From the human T2T-CHM13v2.0 reference genome, Homo sapiens: a DNA stretch of 64,000 bases. Under the pieces are notes generated by a model that was given only the letters and a program-made list of their open reading frames with translations, was not told the origin of the DNA and searched no databases. A program made the position numbers and the translations under genes. Each line of letters starts with the position of its first letter. The first letter of the stretch is position 1. The stretch is from the NCBI RefSeq assembly GCF_009914755.1, contig NC_060947.1, one strand, 5' to 3'. Of this stretch, positions 14,890 to 28,058 are shown piece after piece.

Positions 14890-17800
14890 CCTTGGGGATC
14901 ACAGAGAAGTGAGGGCCTGGTTCTGATGAGATTGTTGGAGGGAAGCGGGCCCAGCTTCCGTGAGGAGGCAAGGTGAGGCCCTGAGGGAGGACTGAGGACG
15001 CCCCCGCCCCAGAGGGAAGACCCCAAATAATCCAGCACCACCCCTGCTGCCAGCCCTGGACCACCTGGGGGCGGACTTCTCAGGCTGTGGGCCACCCTTC
15101 GCCACCCCACCGCTTAAGCCCCAGGGGACTCTGGAGTCAGAGCTTGGTATGACCAGGGCAGGGCTGGTTAGGAGAGGGCAGGGGCCAGGCTCTGCCAGGC
15201 ATAACAAGGTCAGGATTCTGAGGGAGGGCTGAGGCCCCATAGAAGGAAGCTCTGTCTTTGCTGTCAGCGCTGGGAAATGCTGGGAATGGGGACCAGGCAC
15301 GTTGATGCTGCTGTCCACATCCTGGGCTGATGGAGGGAAGGGGCTTGATACCATGAGCATCACCTCAGAGGAGTAGACGGAGGGCCCAGGTCCTGCCGGG
15401 AGAGCACGGAGGCCTTAAAGGACAATCACTACAGGACAGGGGACCCGCCCCGCCCCCATCTCAAGCTAAGGCACCTCCTCATTTCGCCTCAGGAATCCAA
15501 CAGATAGACTCAGGTCCGCAGAGGGGAGCTCTGACGCAGCCCTGCCAGGATCAAGGGGAGGAAAAAGAGGGAGGACTCAGGACACCTTGGACTCCAGATC
15601 ACTGGGGACCTCCGCCCTTGGAGGTCCCACGCACGATGGCTGCATGTGGTGCATCCCTGCCTATGCCTTGGAGACAACAAAGAGGAGAGGGCTTTGGTAT
15701 GAGGAGTGGAGGCTCAGGTTAGCAGAGGGAGGAGTCTCAGGACCCTGAGGGAAGACTCAGCAGAGCTTCTTTCCCAGAGGTAGGACACCTGCCCTTCCTG
15801 TCAGTCCTGGGGGGCCTCGGGCAGGACTGTGGGGAACGGACCTGGCCCCCACTTCCTCGTTAGGGATCCCAGGGAGATGGTGGCCTTGACCTGGAAGACC
15901 GTCCAAAGTTCAGCAGGAGGGAAAGGGCCAGGCCCTGTCGGAAGTAAATCTGAATATCTATAGGACACCCAGACACAGGAGGCACTCCTGAAATATGCAC
16001 CTTTTGTCAGTCTTGGGAATCCCATTGAGGGGTGTCAGTGTAGAGTTCCTTCACTTCTGCCTCCCAGGCCCCAGAGAGGTGGGGGCCTCCGTCTGAGGGG
16101 TGTCCTCAGCTCAGCAGAGATAGCCACACCTGGTCAGCACAGGTTGGGTCCAGTCTTCCAGGCGTCAAGAGAAGGAAGGTTGGTGAAGACTGAAGGTAAG
16201 AAGGTACCTCCACACCTCCAAGAAGAAGGGAACTCGCAGAACCTGGCTTCCACTGTTCTCAGCCCCGGGTGGCCCCAGGCATAGGTACCATGTGGCATGC
16301 TCTCCTTTCTGCCATATGGCGGGAGGTGGGAGGTCTCAGGGAGGTGAACACCTTGGTATTAGTGGTACTTACAGTTCAACAGAGGAAGCCACATCTGGCC
16401 AGCAGAGGGAGGGGTCCCAGGATCAGCAGGACCCAAGGAGTGCCCCCTTCATGAGGACTGATGGTACCCCTGGCCCAGAAGGAAAGGACTCCACAGATTA
16501 TGGCTGTCACTTATTCTTAGCTCTGGGACAATCAGATCAGGAATGTCCCTAATTGGCAATCTCACTTGTACCACAGATAGGAAGTTGGGGAACCCTTGGG
16601 GACATGGGGTGTTGGTGTAAAGGCGAGATGGCTGCTCCTCTCAGGAGTTTGGGAGTTGAGGAAGGGCAGGCGCCAGGAGGAGTAAAGATGAATAACCCAC
16701 CGGAAGACATTGGAAGCCTCACCCCAGAACCAAAGGGGCCAGCTCCTGGAGTGAGCCCTGGACACCCCACCCAATGGTGATGGGATGTGGCGCCTCCTCA
16801 CTTCTGTTTCTAGATCTTAGGGAGGTGAGGACCTTGTTTTCAGAGGGTGACTCAGGTCAACACAGGGACCCCAGTCTGATCGACTGACACACTGGTCCCA
16901 GGATCTGCCAGGTGTCCAGGTGAGGAACCTGAGGGAGGACTGAGGGTACCCCCAGGCAAGAACGCAAACGGGGGCTCCACAGAAATCTTCCCTGCCCCTG
17001 ATGTCACCCCAGAGAGCATAGGCAGGGCTGTCAGCTGAGGTCTCTCTCTTATCCTGGGATCATCAGTGTCAGGGAGGGGGATGCCTTGGTCTTAGGGGGC
17101 TGAACTCAGGTCAGTAGAGGGAGAGCCCCAGACTCTGCCAGGAGTCAACATGAGGACCCAGCAGGCTCCTTGCCCAGGACACATGGTGTCCAGTGAATTT
17201 GGATATCTCTTGCTGTCTCTCCCAGTGGACCTAGGCACATGTGGCCAGATGTGGGTCCCCTCATACCCTTCTGTTCCATATCAGGGTTGTGAACTCTTTA
17301 TCTGAGTTTCTCGAGCCAGCAAAAGGGCAGGATGAGGCCCCTCCAGGAGAAAGGTGAGTGAGCACAGAGGGGACCATGCACCCCATGAGAGTAGGGACCT
17401 CACAGAGCCTGGTCAACCCTTCTGACAGCACTGGAAAGCCAGGGCTGTGCTTGCAGTCTGCACCCTGAGGGCCCCTCGATTCCTCTTTTAGGAGCTCCAG
17501 GAACCAGGCAGTTAGGCCTTGGTCTGAGGCACTGTGCTCAGGTCACAGAGCAGAGGAGTCGCAGGCAGTGTTAGCAGTCAAGGCGAGGTTCTGATCTGAA
17601 TGGACAACAAGGGCCCCACACTCCCCAGAACACAAGGGACTCCAGAGAGCCCAGCCTCACCTTCCCTACTGTCAGTCCTGCAGCCTCAGCCTCTGCTGGC
17701 CGGCTGTACCCTGAGGTGCCCTCTCACTTCCTCCTTCAGGTTCTCAGCGGACAGGCCGGCCAGGAGGTCAGAAGCCCCAGGAGGCCCCAGAGGAGCACCG

Positions 17801-17957
17801 AAGGAGAAGATCTGTAAGTAGGCCTTTGTTAGGGCCTCCAGGGCGTGGTTCACAAATGAGGCCCCTCACAAGCTCCTTCTCTCCCCAGATCTGTGGGTTC
17901 CTCCCCATCGCCCAGCTGCTGCCCGCACTCCAGCCTGCTGCCCTGACCAGAGTCATC

Positions 17958-18899
17958 ATGTCTTCTGAGCAGAGGAGTCAGCACTGCAAGCCTGAGGATG
18001 GCCTTGAGGCCCAAGGACAGGAGGCTCTGGGCCTGGTGGGTGTGCAGGCTCCCGCCACCGAGGAGCACGAGGCTGCCTCCTCCTTCACTCTGATTGAAGG
18101 CACCCTGGAGGAGGTGCCTGCTGCTGGGTCCCCCAGTCCTCCCCTGAGTCTCAGGGTTCCTCCTTTTCCCTGACCATCAGCAACAACACTCTATGGAGCC
18201 AATCCAGTGAGGGCACCAGCAGCCGGGAAGAGGAGGGGCCAACCACCTAGACACACCCCGCTCACCTGGCGTCCTTGTTCCAATGGGAAGGTGGCTGAGT
18301 TGGTTCGCTTCCTGCTGCACAAGTATCGAGTCAAGGAGCTGGTCACAAAGGCAGAAATGCTGGACAGTGTCATCAAAAATTACAAGCACTAGTTTCCTGT
18401 GATCTATGGCAAAGCCTCAGAGTGCATGCAGGTGATGTTTGGCATTGACATGAAGGAAGTGGACCCCGCGGCCACTCCTACGTCCTTGTCACCTGCTTGG
18501 GCCTCTCCTACAATGGCCTGCTGGGTGATGATCAGAGCATGCCCGAGACCGGCCTTCTGATTATGGTCTTGACCATGATCTTAATGGAGGGCCACTGTGC
18601 CCCTGAGGAGGCAATCTGGGAAGCGTTGAGTGTAATGGTGTATGATGGGATGGAGCAGTTTCTTTGGGCAGCTGAGGAAGCTGCTCACCCAAGATTGGGT
18701 GCAGGAAAACTACCTGCAATACCGCCAGGTGCCCAGCAGTGATCCCCCGTGCTACCAGTTCCTGTGGGGTCCAAGGGCCCTCATTGAAACCAGCTATGTG
18801 AAAGTCCTGGAGTATGCAGCCAGGGTCAGTACTAAAGAGAGCATTTCCTACCCATCCCTGCATGAAGAGGCTTTGGGAGAGGAGGAAGAGGGAGTCTGA
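17958..18899 (+). pseudogene. MAGEA7P: Disrupted MAGE-A coding region with MAGE homology domain
   Basis: [19 protein letters not shown].., [17 protein letters not shown].., [15 protein letters not shown].. and [26 protein letters not shown] lie in different frames. Frameshifts at ~18151, ~18283, ~18469 and ~18658. TAG stops at 18248 and 18390. Confidence 0.95.
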
Positions 18900-19390
18900 G
18901 CAGAAGTTGCAGCCAGGGCCAGTGGGGCAGATTGGGGGAGGGCCTGGGCCAGTGCACGTTCCACACATCCACCACCTTCCCTGTCCTGTTACATGAGGCC
19001 CATTCTTCACTCTGTGTTTGAAGAGAGCAGTCAATGTTCTCAGTAGCGGGGAGTGTGTTGGGTGTGAGGGAATACAAGGTGGACCATCTCTCAGTTCCTG
19101 TTCTCTTGGGCGATTTGGAGGTTTATCTTTGTTTCCTTTTGCAGTCGTTCAAATGTTCCTTTTAATGGATGGTGTAATGAACTTCAACATTCATTTCATG
19201 TATGACAGTAGGCAGACTTACTGTTTTTTATATAGTTAAAAGTAAGTGCATTGTTTTTTATTTATGTAAGAAAATCTATGTTATTTCTTGAATTGGGACA
19301 ACATAACATAGCAGAGGATTAAGTACCTTTTATAATGTGAAAGAACAAAGCGGTAAAATGGGTGAGATAAAGAAATAAAGAAATTAAATT

Positions 19391-19845
<455 letters not shown>

Positions 19846-19966
19846 ATTAAATTATAGTTAATTCTTGTCTTTCTTGTATTCTGTGTAGTTAAGAAATACA
19901 TATTTGCTTGGCTAATACATATTGGATTAGCTTGGCTTCTTTCAGAATGTAATTGAATTAAATATG

Positions 19967-19972
19967 AATAAA
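19967..19972 (+). terminator. MAGE-A polyadenylation signal AATAAA
   Basis: Context gcttggcttcttt..ttaaatatgaataaa matches the 3' ends of MAGEA mRNAs. Confidence 0.7.
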
Positions 19973-20989
19973 TGCATTCCCCTGCTCACTGACTCATTTC
20001 GTCCTGAAACATTCATTGAGCTTCTGCTATTTGTAAGTCCCTGGGTTAGTATTGGAGATGCTAAGGTAAGCCAGGCCCACCCCTAACCTTACGGTGGGTG
20101 AGTCTAGGATCTGCAGTCATATAACTAAGGTGGACAGATGTCCTCCAACATCTAGAGGAAAAATAAGAGAGGGGTGAGGGTGTGGGGCAACAGGTGAGAG
20201 TGGTGGAGTGTACATGCCCTGAGCCAAGGCCTTTTGGGCTTTGGGAAACTGCAGTACCTTTTGGGAGAGCTGATTCTAGTGAAATGGGGTAGGACCAGAG
20301 CCAGATTCTCAGAGGATGAGAGAAAAGCTTGGAAGGGAAACATGCTCAGCAGTTCCTTTTGGATGGTGGATGAAACAGAGAGGCATCTCCTCCTGGGGCA
20401 GGAATGGGAGGTGTCCTGCACTCTTGTCTCAGTGCAGTTGAACACGGCACACGAAGTTGGTGATGGATACCCATCATCCGGAAGGGTTTCCTTAGAGAGA
20501 AGCGTGAATCTCCTGGGATGTGAGGCTCAGATGCCACTGGCCAGGTGTTTTTCTTCCTGGTTGTGTGAGCCAGAGCTGACTCTATTAAAGAGACATTCTA
20601 ACTAGCTTATCTGAAGTGCAATTTGGCCAATTATAACAAGGGAAAGATTTTGGGTCGTGACATAATCAATGAAAAAAGTGGTTTGGATGTAAAAGAAGCT
20701 GAGAGAGAGGGAAGGACTTTATTCTTGACTCATATTCTAAGAGCTTTGAGTTGCATTCCAGTTGGGGGAGGGTTCTGCACCCTGAAATTTTGAAGTATGC
20801 CCCGTGAGAGGGTAAACTAACTGAAATTCATTGACAAAACTTCCTTTTTTTTGGCCGAGTAATTGTTCCATGTCCTATTCGCCTGCATAGTTTCTGATAA
20901 GTCCTGGAGAACCACAACAACAATAAGAAAATCCCAGAATACTAGGATCTGGGGTCAAATACTAGAAATAAAAGCCATCTGCCATTCCG

Positions 20990-21207
20990 TAAACTTCTTA
21001 TTTGTGTCAGGACTTGAGCCAGGTGCATCACTTACATTACATACACTCCAACAGCCCTATTGGTCAAGGCCTATTACCCATGCTTCACGGACGAAGAATC
21101 TGAGGCTCACAGGGCTTGAGAATGTCCCAGGATCACAAGGGTAGTAAGTAACAGGGCTGGAACCAGATCTCTAGTCTGATTCCACTGGAGCCCAAGCTGT
21201 TCCCACT
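20990..21207 (-). mobile_element. MIR
   Basis: Core gacgaagaatctgaggctcacag..cccaggatcaca..gtaagtaacagggctgga. Confidence 0.75.
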
Positions 21208-24184
21208 CCTCCCAGCCTGAGGCCCACTTCCTGAGCAGTAGTTCATTTCTCACCACTGCATCATGTCTCTCAGGTGACAAAAGGAAGGACCCTGGGGACA
21301 AAGTACTAAAAGCAGGCCAAAAGAAGGTGACAATGAGAATCAAACAGAATTTGGGTGGCATGTGTTGGGGCCCCTGGGAGCTGACTGCTGGGTGCCTTCT
21401 GTTGAGCACCTACTATGAAAGATGTTATGGGAGAGCCTACAAGTGCTCATCCACATCTTGGTTCCTCCGTCAAAGGCACAAGAGACAAGTACACTCCCAG
21501 CCAGCATGTCTGTCTGGCCCCAACACTTTCCCGAGTTACAACACCCTTCCCTTGGTCGCCCTCACGTGCCCTCCATTCCAACTCAGAGGCCCAGCCTGGT
21601 GCTTGCTCTTCCTTGCTGCCTCAGGAGGCTGCACAGAATCCCCTGCTTTCCCCAGAACATGGAGCATCCCTATCCCCTGCAGAACCCCCCTAGCTTTCCC
21701 ACGGCTCACCTTCGGTCCTGTCCCACAGCCACAGCCACCTGGTCCTCCCTCCCTGGGAGTTCTATACACATTCTTTATTTTCCCAATGGGCTGTGAATAG
21801 ACTATACTTTGCCCATAATCTCCTGACTCTTGGGAAACAGCCCTGAAGGTGGAGAGTAGATTTTTAAGCCACTCACATATTTGCAGTAGGATTTTAATGG
21901 GCTTCTTATCTGAAGCTGGGAACTGAACAGGCAAACAAATAGATAGTGCTCAGAAATTCCATTCCTTCGTAAGAGGTAGAAGAGGAGCACCCATCCTCTA
22001 AAGCTGAATTCTTACAAACACTGGGCTCCTCCCGGGGTATGAGAAATGCGTCCTTGATGGACATGCCACCTGGAATTTGAAAAGAATGATGAATCACTCT
22101 TCCACTGCCTCCTGTCTGGCATCTGCACCCAGGGACATACTGGCTTTCAGTGTGACTAGTGGCACCTGCACAGGTGTTTAGGCAAGAACAGTTATGTGGA
22201 GAGAAGCAGATATGTCAGGTAAGATTCTGCCCCTGCATCAGGTGGAAGGAGGAAATCCGCAGCCTCCTGAGATGATAGATGGCATTGCAAAGGGAAGTGC
22301 GGTAAATGCTATGGAGTATGGAAGGTGAAATCTCCCTGCTAACTTTTGCAGGATCTTCTTCAATTTGATGGGTTAATGCATTTGAAAGCATCTGCTACGT
22401 GGTAGACACTTGCAAATTCAGAGAATTTCAAGGCAAAACTGGTCTTCTCAGAACCGTCTATAAGAAATGAAGAGTGTAGTTATCATAACAAATTAGAGTT
22501 TGTATGTAGCTTCTTCTACTTCTGGCTGCGTTCATAGCCGTTGTTTCTCCACAACTATATTGTTCAAATTTCTCATATTGCCATGGGACATTTTAGCTAG
22601 TCTGATCTATTGAAAAAAATAACACTTGGTTTCATCAATTGCATTTATTGTTTCCAGAAGTTTCTGAAGTTTCAATTTCATTAATTTTTCTCTTCCTGTC
22701 TATATCATCCCAATCCTTTTGTTTTCCTCAGGTTTAATTTACTTTTATTTTTCTAATTATTTAACATCAATGATTAGATGTTTTATTTGAGCCATTTGTT
22801 ACTTTCTTACATAAGCACTCAAGGAGATAAAAATTAGGCACTACGTTAGCTGATTTCCACATATTTTAAAACATCATATTACCATTTTTATTTATCAGAA
22901 TATATTTTCTCATTTTCCTTAATAATTTTTTAAACAAAGAAGAGTAAAAATGTGTTGTTTATTTAAAATTACATGGAGACTTTACAAATATGTCCTTTGT
23001 TATATTTTTATTTTATTCTGGATCTTTAAAATTTCCACTTTGTACAATTTCAATTATTAAATTGAAATGTATAATTTGAAATGAATACATTTTCGTATTA
23101 AAACGTATATTTTGTACAACTTCAATTATTTTAAATTTGTTAAGAGTTGTTTTACGGTCTATCTTGGTAAAAATTCCACATACACTTGAAAACAATATTT
23201 ATTCTGCTGTTGTTCTGTGACGTGTTCAGTAAAAGCCAGTCAGCTCAAGTTGGTTCTTTGTGTTATTCGGGTTGGTCTATAACCTTGCAGAGTTTCTGTG
23301 TACTTCAATCATTTACTCAGAGAGGAGTTTTGCAATCTCCAAATGCAAGTGTAGATTTGACTATTTATTCTTTCAATTCTATCAGATGTTTCATGTATTT
23401 TAAAACAATGCTTTTAGGTGAACTAACAGGATTATGATGTATTTTTTGTTAATTGACTCTTTTATCATTGCATAATGTCCCTATTTATCCAGGGTAATTT
23501 TCCTTCCCATAAAGTTTTTAAAAGTTTACTTTTCTGTTTTTCCAGCTTTCTTTTTAATTTTCAATTTTATTATTTAAATGGACAAACAGTGTTTTTTTCC
23601 TTTTCTGTCCAATTCTGTGGGTTTTGCTCATGTATAGATTCATGGAACCACCATCACAATCTTCATACAAACAATTCCGTCACCCTCCTCTCCAAGAGAA
23701 ACCCCTTTTACTTGCTATACACTTATAGTTATACCCACATGTCTACAACTAACAGTGGGAACCTCTCATCTGTACTCACTATTTCAGTTTTCTCTTTCAA
23801 GAATGTCACATGAATAGAAAAAATAGAATATGTACCTGGTTGAGACTGGCTCTTTCCACACAGCAAGACATCTTTGAGTTTGATACACCTTGTTGTGCAT
23901 ACCAGTAATTCATGCCTTTTATTGCAGAGTAGTTATTTCATAGTTTGGATGCACAAAAACTTCATTGTCCATTTATCCACAAAAATATATTTGTGTAATT
24001 TTCAGGTTTTCTCAAATATGACTAGAGCTGCTGTAAACATTCATGTAGTAATGTCTTTTAAAATTTTTTTTTGTTATTTTCAAATATATGTTACTGTAGC
24101 TCATTATGCCTTAATATGCATTTCTCTAATAGCTGTGATGTAGAATAATTTCTCATGTGCTTCTTTGTCATGCATGTGTCCACA

Positions 24185-26445
24185 CTGGACAATGCCCTCA
24201 ACATACTGGGCACTGCAGGAACACACCTCAAAATAATATAGCCATCTATGTACAAACCCACAGCCAACATCATATGGAATGGACAAAAGATGGAAGTGAT
24301 CTCCATGAGAACCAGAACAAAACAAGGATGCATACTCTCACCATTCCTATTCAACATATTATGGAAGTCCTAGCCAGAGCAATCAGGCAAGGCAAAGATA
24401 TAAAAGGCATCCAAATAGGAAGAGAGGAAGTCAAATTATCTCTCCTTGCAGATGATATGATTTTACACCAAGAAAGCCCCGATAGTCTCTGCCCAGAAGC
24501 TCCTAGATCTGATAAATAACTTCAGCAAAGTTTCAAGATACGAAATCAAGGTACAAAAATCAGCAACAATTCTATACACCAACAACATCCAAGTGGAGAG
24601 CCAAATCAAAAACATAATCGCATTCATAATACAAAAGTATAAAATGCCTAGGAATGCAGCGAATCAGAGGTGAAACGCCTTTACAGTGGCAGTTACAAAT
24701 ACTGCTGAAAAAAATCAGAGATGACACAGGCAAATGGGAAAACATTACATGCTCATGCTTAGGAAAAATCAATAATATTTAAATGGCCATAATGCCTAAA
24801 GCAATTTACCGATTTAATGCTATTCCTAACAAACTACCAATGACATTTTTCACAGATTAGAAAAAAAACTATTCTAAATTCCATATGGAACCAGAAATAA
24901 ACCTGAATAGTCAAAAGCAATCATAAGCAAAAAGAGCATAGCCAGAGGCATCACAGGACCTGACTCTAAACTATACTATAATGCTACAGTAACCAAAACA
25001 TGATAGTCTTCTCTAACACGGGTTAGAGAACCCAGAAATAAAGCCACACAGCTATAACCATCTGATCTTCAACAAAATTGACAAAAACAAGCAATGAGGA
25101 AATGAGTTCCTATCAATAAATGGTGCTGGCATAACTGGCTAGCCATACGCAGAAGATTGAAACTGAGCCCCTTCCAGTTTCAACTCAAGATGAATTCATC
25201 TTTAATCCATCAACTCAAGATGGATTAAAGACATAAATGAAAAACCTAAAACGATAAAAGTCCTAGAAGAAAACCAAGGAAATACCATTCTGGACGTGGG
25301 CCTTGACAAAGATTTCATGATGAGGATTCCAAAAGCTATTGTAAAAACCCCCAAATTGAGAATAAGACCTAAGTAAACTAAAGAACTTCTTCACGTGAAA
25401 AGAAACTATCAACCCAGCAAACAGAAAGGCTACAGAATGGGAGAAAGATTTGCAGACTACACATCCAACAGAGGTCTAATATCCAGAATCTATAAGGAAC
25501 TTTAACAAATTAATAAGGAAAAAACAACCCCATTAAAAAATGGGCCAAGAACATGAGCAGACACTTCTCAAAAGATGACATACACACAGCCAACAAGCAT
25601 AGGAAAAAGTGTCCAACGTCACTAACATAGAAATGCAAATTAAAATTACAATGAGATACCATCTCACAACAGTCAGAATGGCTATTAATAAAAAGTCAAA
25701 AAAGAAACTGATGCTGCTGAGGTCATGAGGAAACTGATACACTACTGGTGGGAATGTACATTCCTTCAGCTATCGTGAAAAGTAGTTTGTAAATTTCTCC
25801 AAGAAATTAAATCAGAATTACCAATCGACCCAGCAATCCCATTACTGGATATGTACCCAAGGGAATATAAATTGTTCTACCATAAAGACACATGCACACA
25901 TATGTTCGTCGCAGCACTATTCACAGTAGCAAATACATAGAATTAACTGAGATGCTCATCAATGGTGGACTGGATAAAGAAAACGTGGTATATATGGACC
26001 ATGAAATACTATGCAGCCATTAAAAATAACAAAATCATGACCTTTGCAGCAACATGGATGGAGCTGGAGCTATTATTCTAAGCAAATTAATGCAGGAACA
26101 GAAAACCAAATACCACATGTTCTCACTTATAAGTAGGAGCTACACATTGAGCATATGTGGACACAAAGGAGGGAACAATAGACACTGGAAACTATTTTAC
26201 CAATGTGGAGAGTGGAGCCTAGGGGTAGGGTGACAATTTGAAAACCACCTATCTGATACTATGATGATTACCTGAGTGATAAGTCGTCAGTACACCAAAC
26301 CTCTGAGACACGCAATATACCCATGCAACAAATCTGCACAGGTACCCCCTGAAACAAAAATAAAAGTTGGGAAGAACCAAAGAACCAAAACATAATTAAA
26401 TTTTTTTAAAATAAATGCAGTAAAGATTGTAAAGTCAGAAAAAAA
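24185..26445 (+). mobile_element. 5'-truncated L1PA15/16-like element (ORF2 RT end plus 3'UTR)
   Basis: Translation [33 protein letters not shown]. 3' end acaaatctgcacaggtaccccctgaa..aataaaagttg. Confidence 0.85.
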
Positions 26446-26733
26446 AATTTCCAAATCATTTTCCACAGTGGTTGTACTATTTCATAATTCCCACTGGCAA
26501 CATATCAGATTTTAAATTGGTCTTCATCCTTGCTAGCACTTAGTAATATCTTTTTTGAGAAATTTTCAGTCATTTTAAACTATGTGTTATGCTATCTCTT
26601 TATGGTTTAATTCTCACTTCTCTAATAGATATGATGAACAATGATTTTTCATGTCTTTATTTGTCATGCATATGTCCACTTAGGGGAAGTGTCTATTGAT
26701 ATCTTTTCCCCATTTATGAAATTTAGTTATTTG

Positions 26734-26856
26734 TGATAAGTGAACTCATGTTAGGTGATTGTTTTGGACTAAGGTCTGTCTCCAGGCCCTAGCAGAACAG
26801 ACCTATACAGAATGGAGACACTGGTGCTAATTGTCACTTAATCAAAGCAAATGTTG
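26734..26856 (+). mobile_element. MER31 LTR 5' fragment (paralog of 2377-2495), interrupted by the DUT retrocopy
   Basis: tgaactcatg..attgttttggactaa..cagcagaacagac..gtgctaattg. Confidence 0.75.
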
Positions 26857-28050
26857 GCTCATCCTGTATTCTCTTGTTCCCTGGACTGTCTCCTCTGCTT
26901 TCCTTTTGCTCTGCTATGCCCTGCTCTGAAAAGACACCTGCCATTTCTCCCCCAGCAAGCAGGCCTGACCTGCCAGGAGGGCAGCATGCAGCTGTGCTTT
27001 GCCTGCTCTCCAAGCATGCCATGGCCCTGAACCAGGGGTCTTGGCTGACCGCAGACTATAACCTGTATAGTGCCTACGATTATACAATACCATCTACGGA
27101 GTAAGCGCTTGTGAAAACTGCTCTTCCTGCTGGCTGCAATGGATGAGTGGCTCAGTGGTCTGGCCTGGCTGCAAAACACTTTATAGATACAGGAGCTGGT
27201 GTCACAGACGAAGGTTATAGAGGAAATGGTGGGACTGTAGTGCTTAATTTGGGTAAAGAAAGGTTTGAAGTCAAAAAAAGTGATCAAATTGCACCAGTTT
27301 TCTGTGAATGGATTTTTTATCCGTAAACAGAAGTTCAAGCTCTGGATGAAACTGAAAGGCCTTCAGAAGGTTTAGGTTCCACTGGAAAGAATTAAAATCT
27401 ATGCCAAAATAGAAAATGTGAAATCATACTGTTTTCTGAAAAATGAAGAGTTTTGCTTAAAGTGATTTGTTGTTTGGTACTTCTCTAAATTTAATAGCTA
27501 TAACCTTCTAAAAAGACTGCATTTTCATATGATCAAGGAAAGAGTACATCTGTACAGATCACATAATATACTTTCTTATGTTTTTTTTCCAATAAACAGT
27601 TGTATGTAAATCTGTCTTGTGGTGACCTTATTCAAACGGTGTCTTTTAAAAAATTAAATGTATATCAATTACTAATACAGAAAAACTTGTATTGCTTAAC
27701 TCAATCAATGATACCCCATTAGCAATTTATTTTGCTTTAATGGCTTTAAATCATTAATACTTTTTATTGAATAAACTTAAATTCTTTCATGGATACAAAA
27801 TCTTGCATAAGCTAAACCAAAAGAAATAAAAAATGAAAGGGAGAGATTAAAGTTGTTCCTTGTTCTTCCCTTCTCTTCACTAGTCTAATTTTTTTTAATC
27901 TTAAAATTCTTTGTGAGGGTGAGAAAAGAGTCCTCAGTTTATTTTTTCATTATTACATTTCTTTTGGTAGATCTCCTGTTGACTAGGAGAGGTATGCTCT
28001 TGAAAAGACATGTGTCTTGGGAATTTCTTACATTTAGTTTGTTTCCCTGA
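26857..28050 (+). pseudogene. DUTP4: Processed dUTPase (DUT nuclear isoform) pseudogene
   Basis: Intronless, ATG 26916 to TAA 27395: [49 protein letters not shown], with frameshifts and stops. Flanked by DUT-like 5' and 3' UTRs. The symbol is from recall of the Xq28 location, and the 3' boundary is approximate. Confidence 0.88.
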
Positions 28051-28058
28051 ATTTCATC

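Noticed and set aside
17826-18899. Functional MAGEA gene
   Set aside because: At least four frameshifts and two in-frame stops within the coding region.
26916-27395. Retroviral dUTPase gene or active DUT retrogene
   Set aside because: Host DUT-N sequence with UTRs, carrying frameshifts, a deletion and stops.
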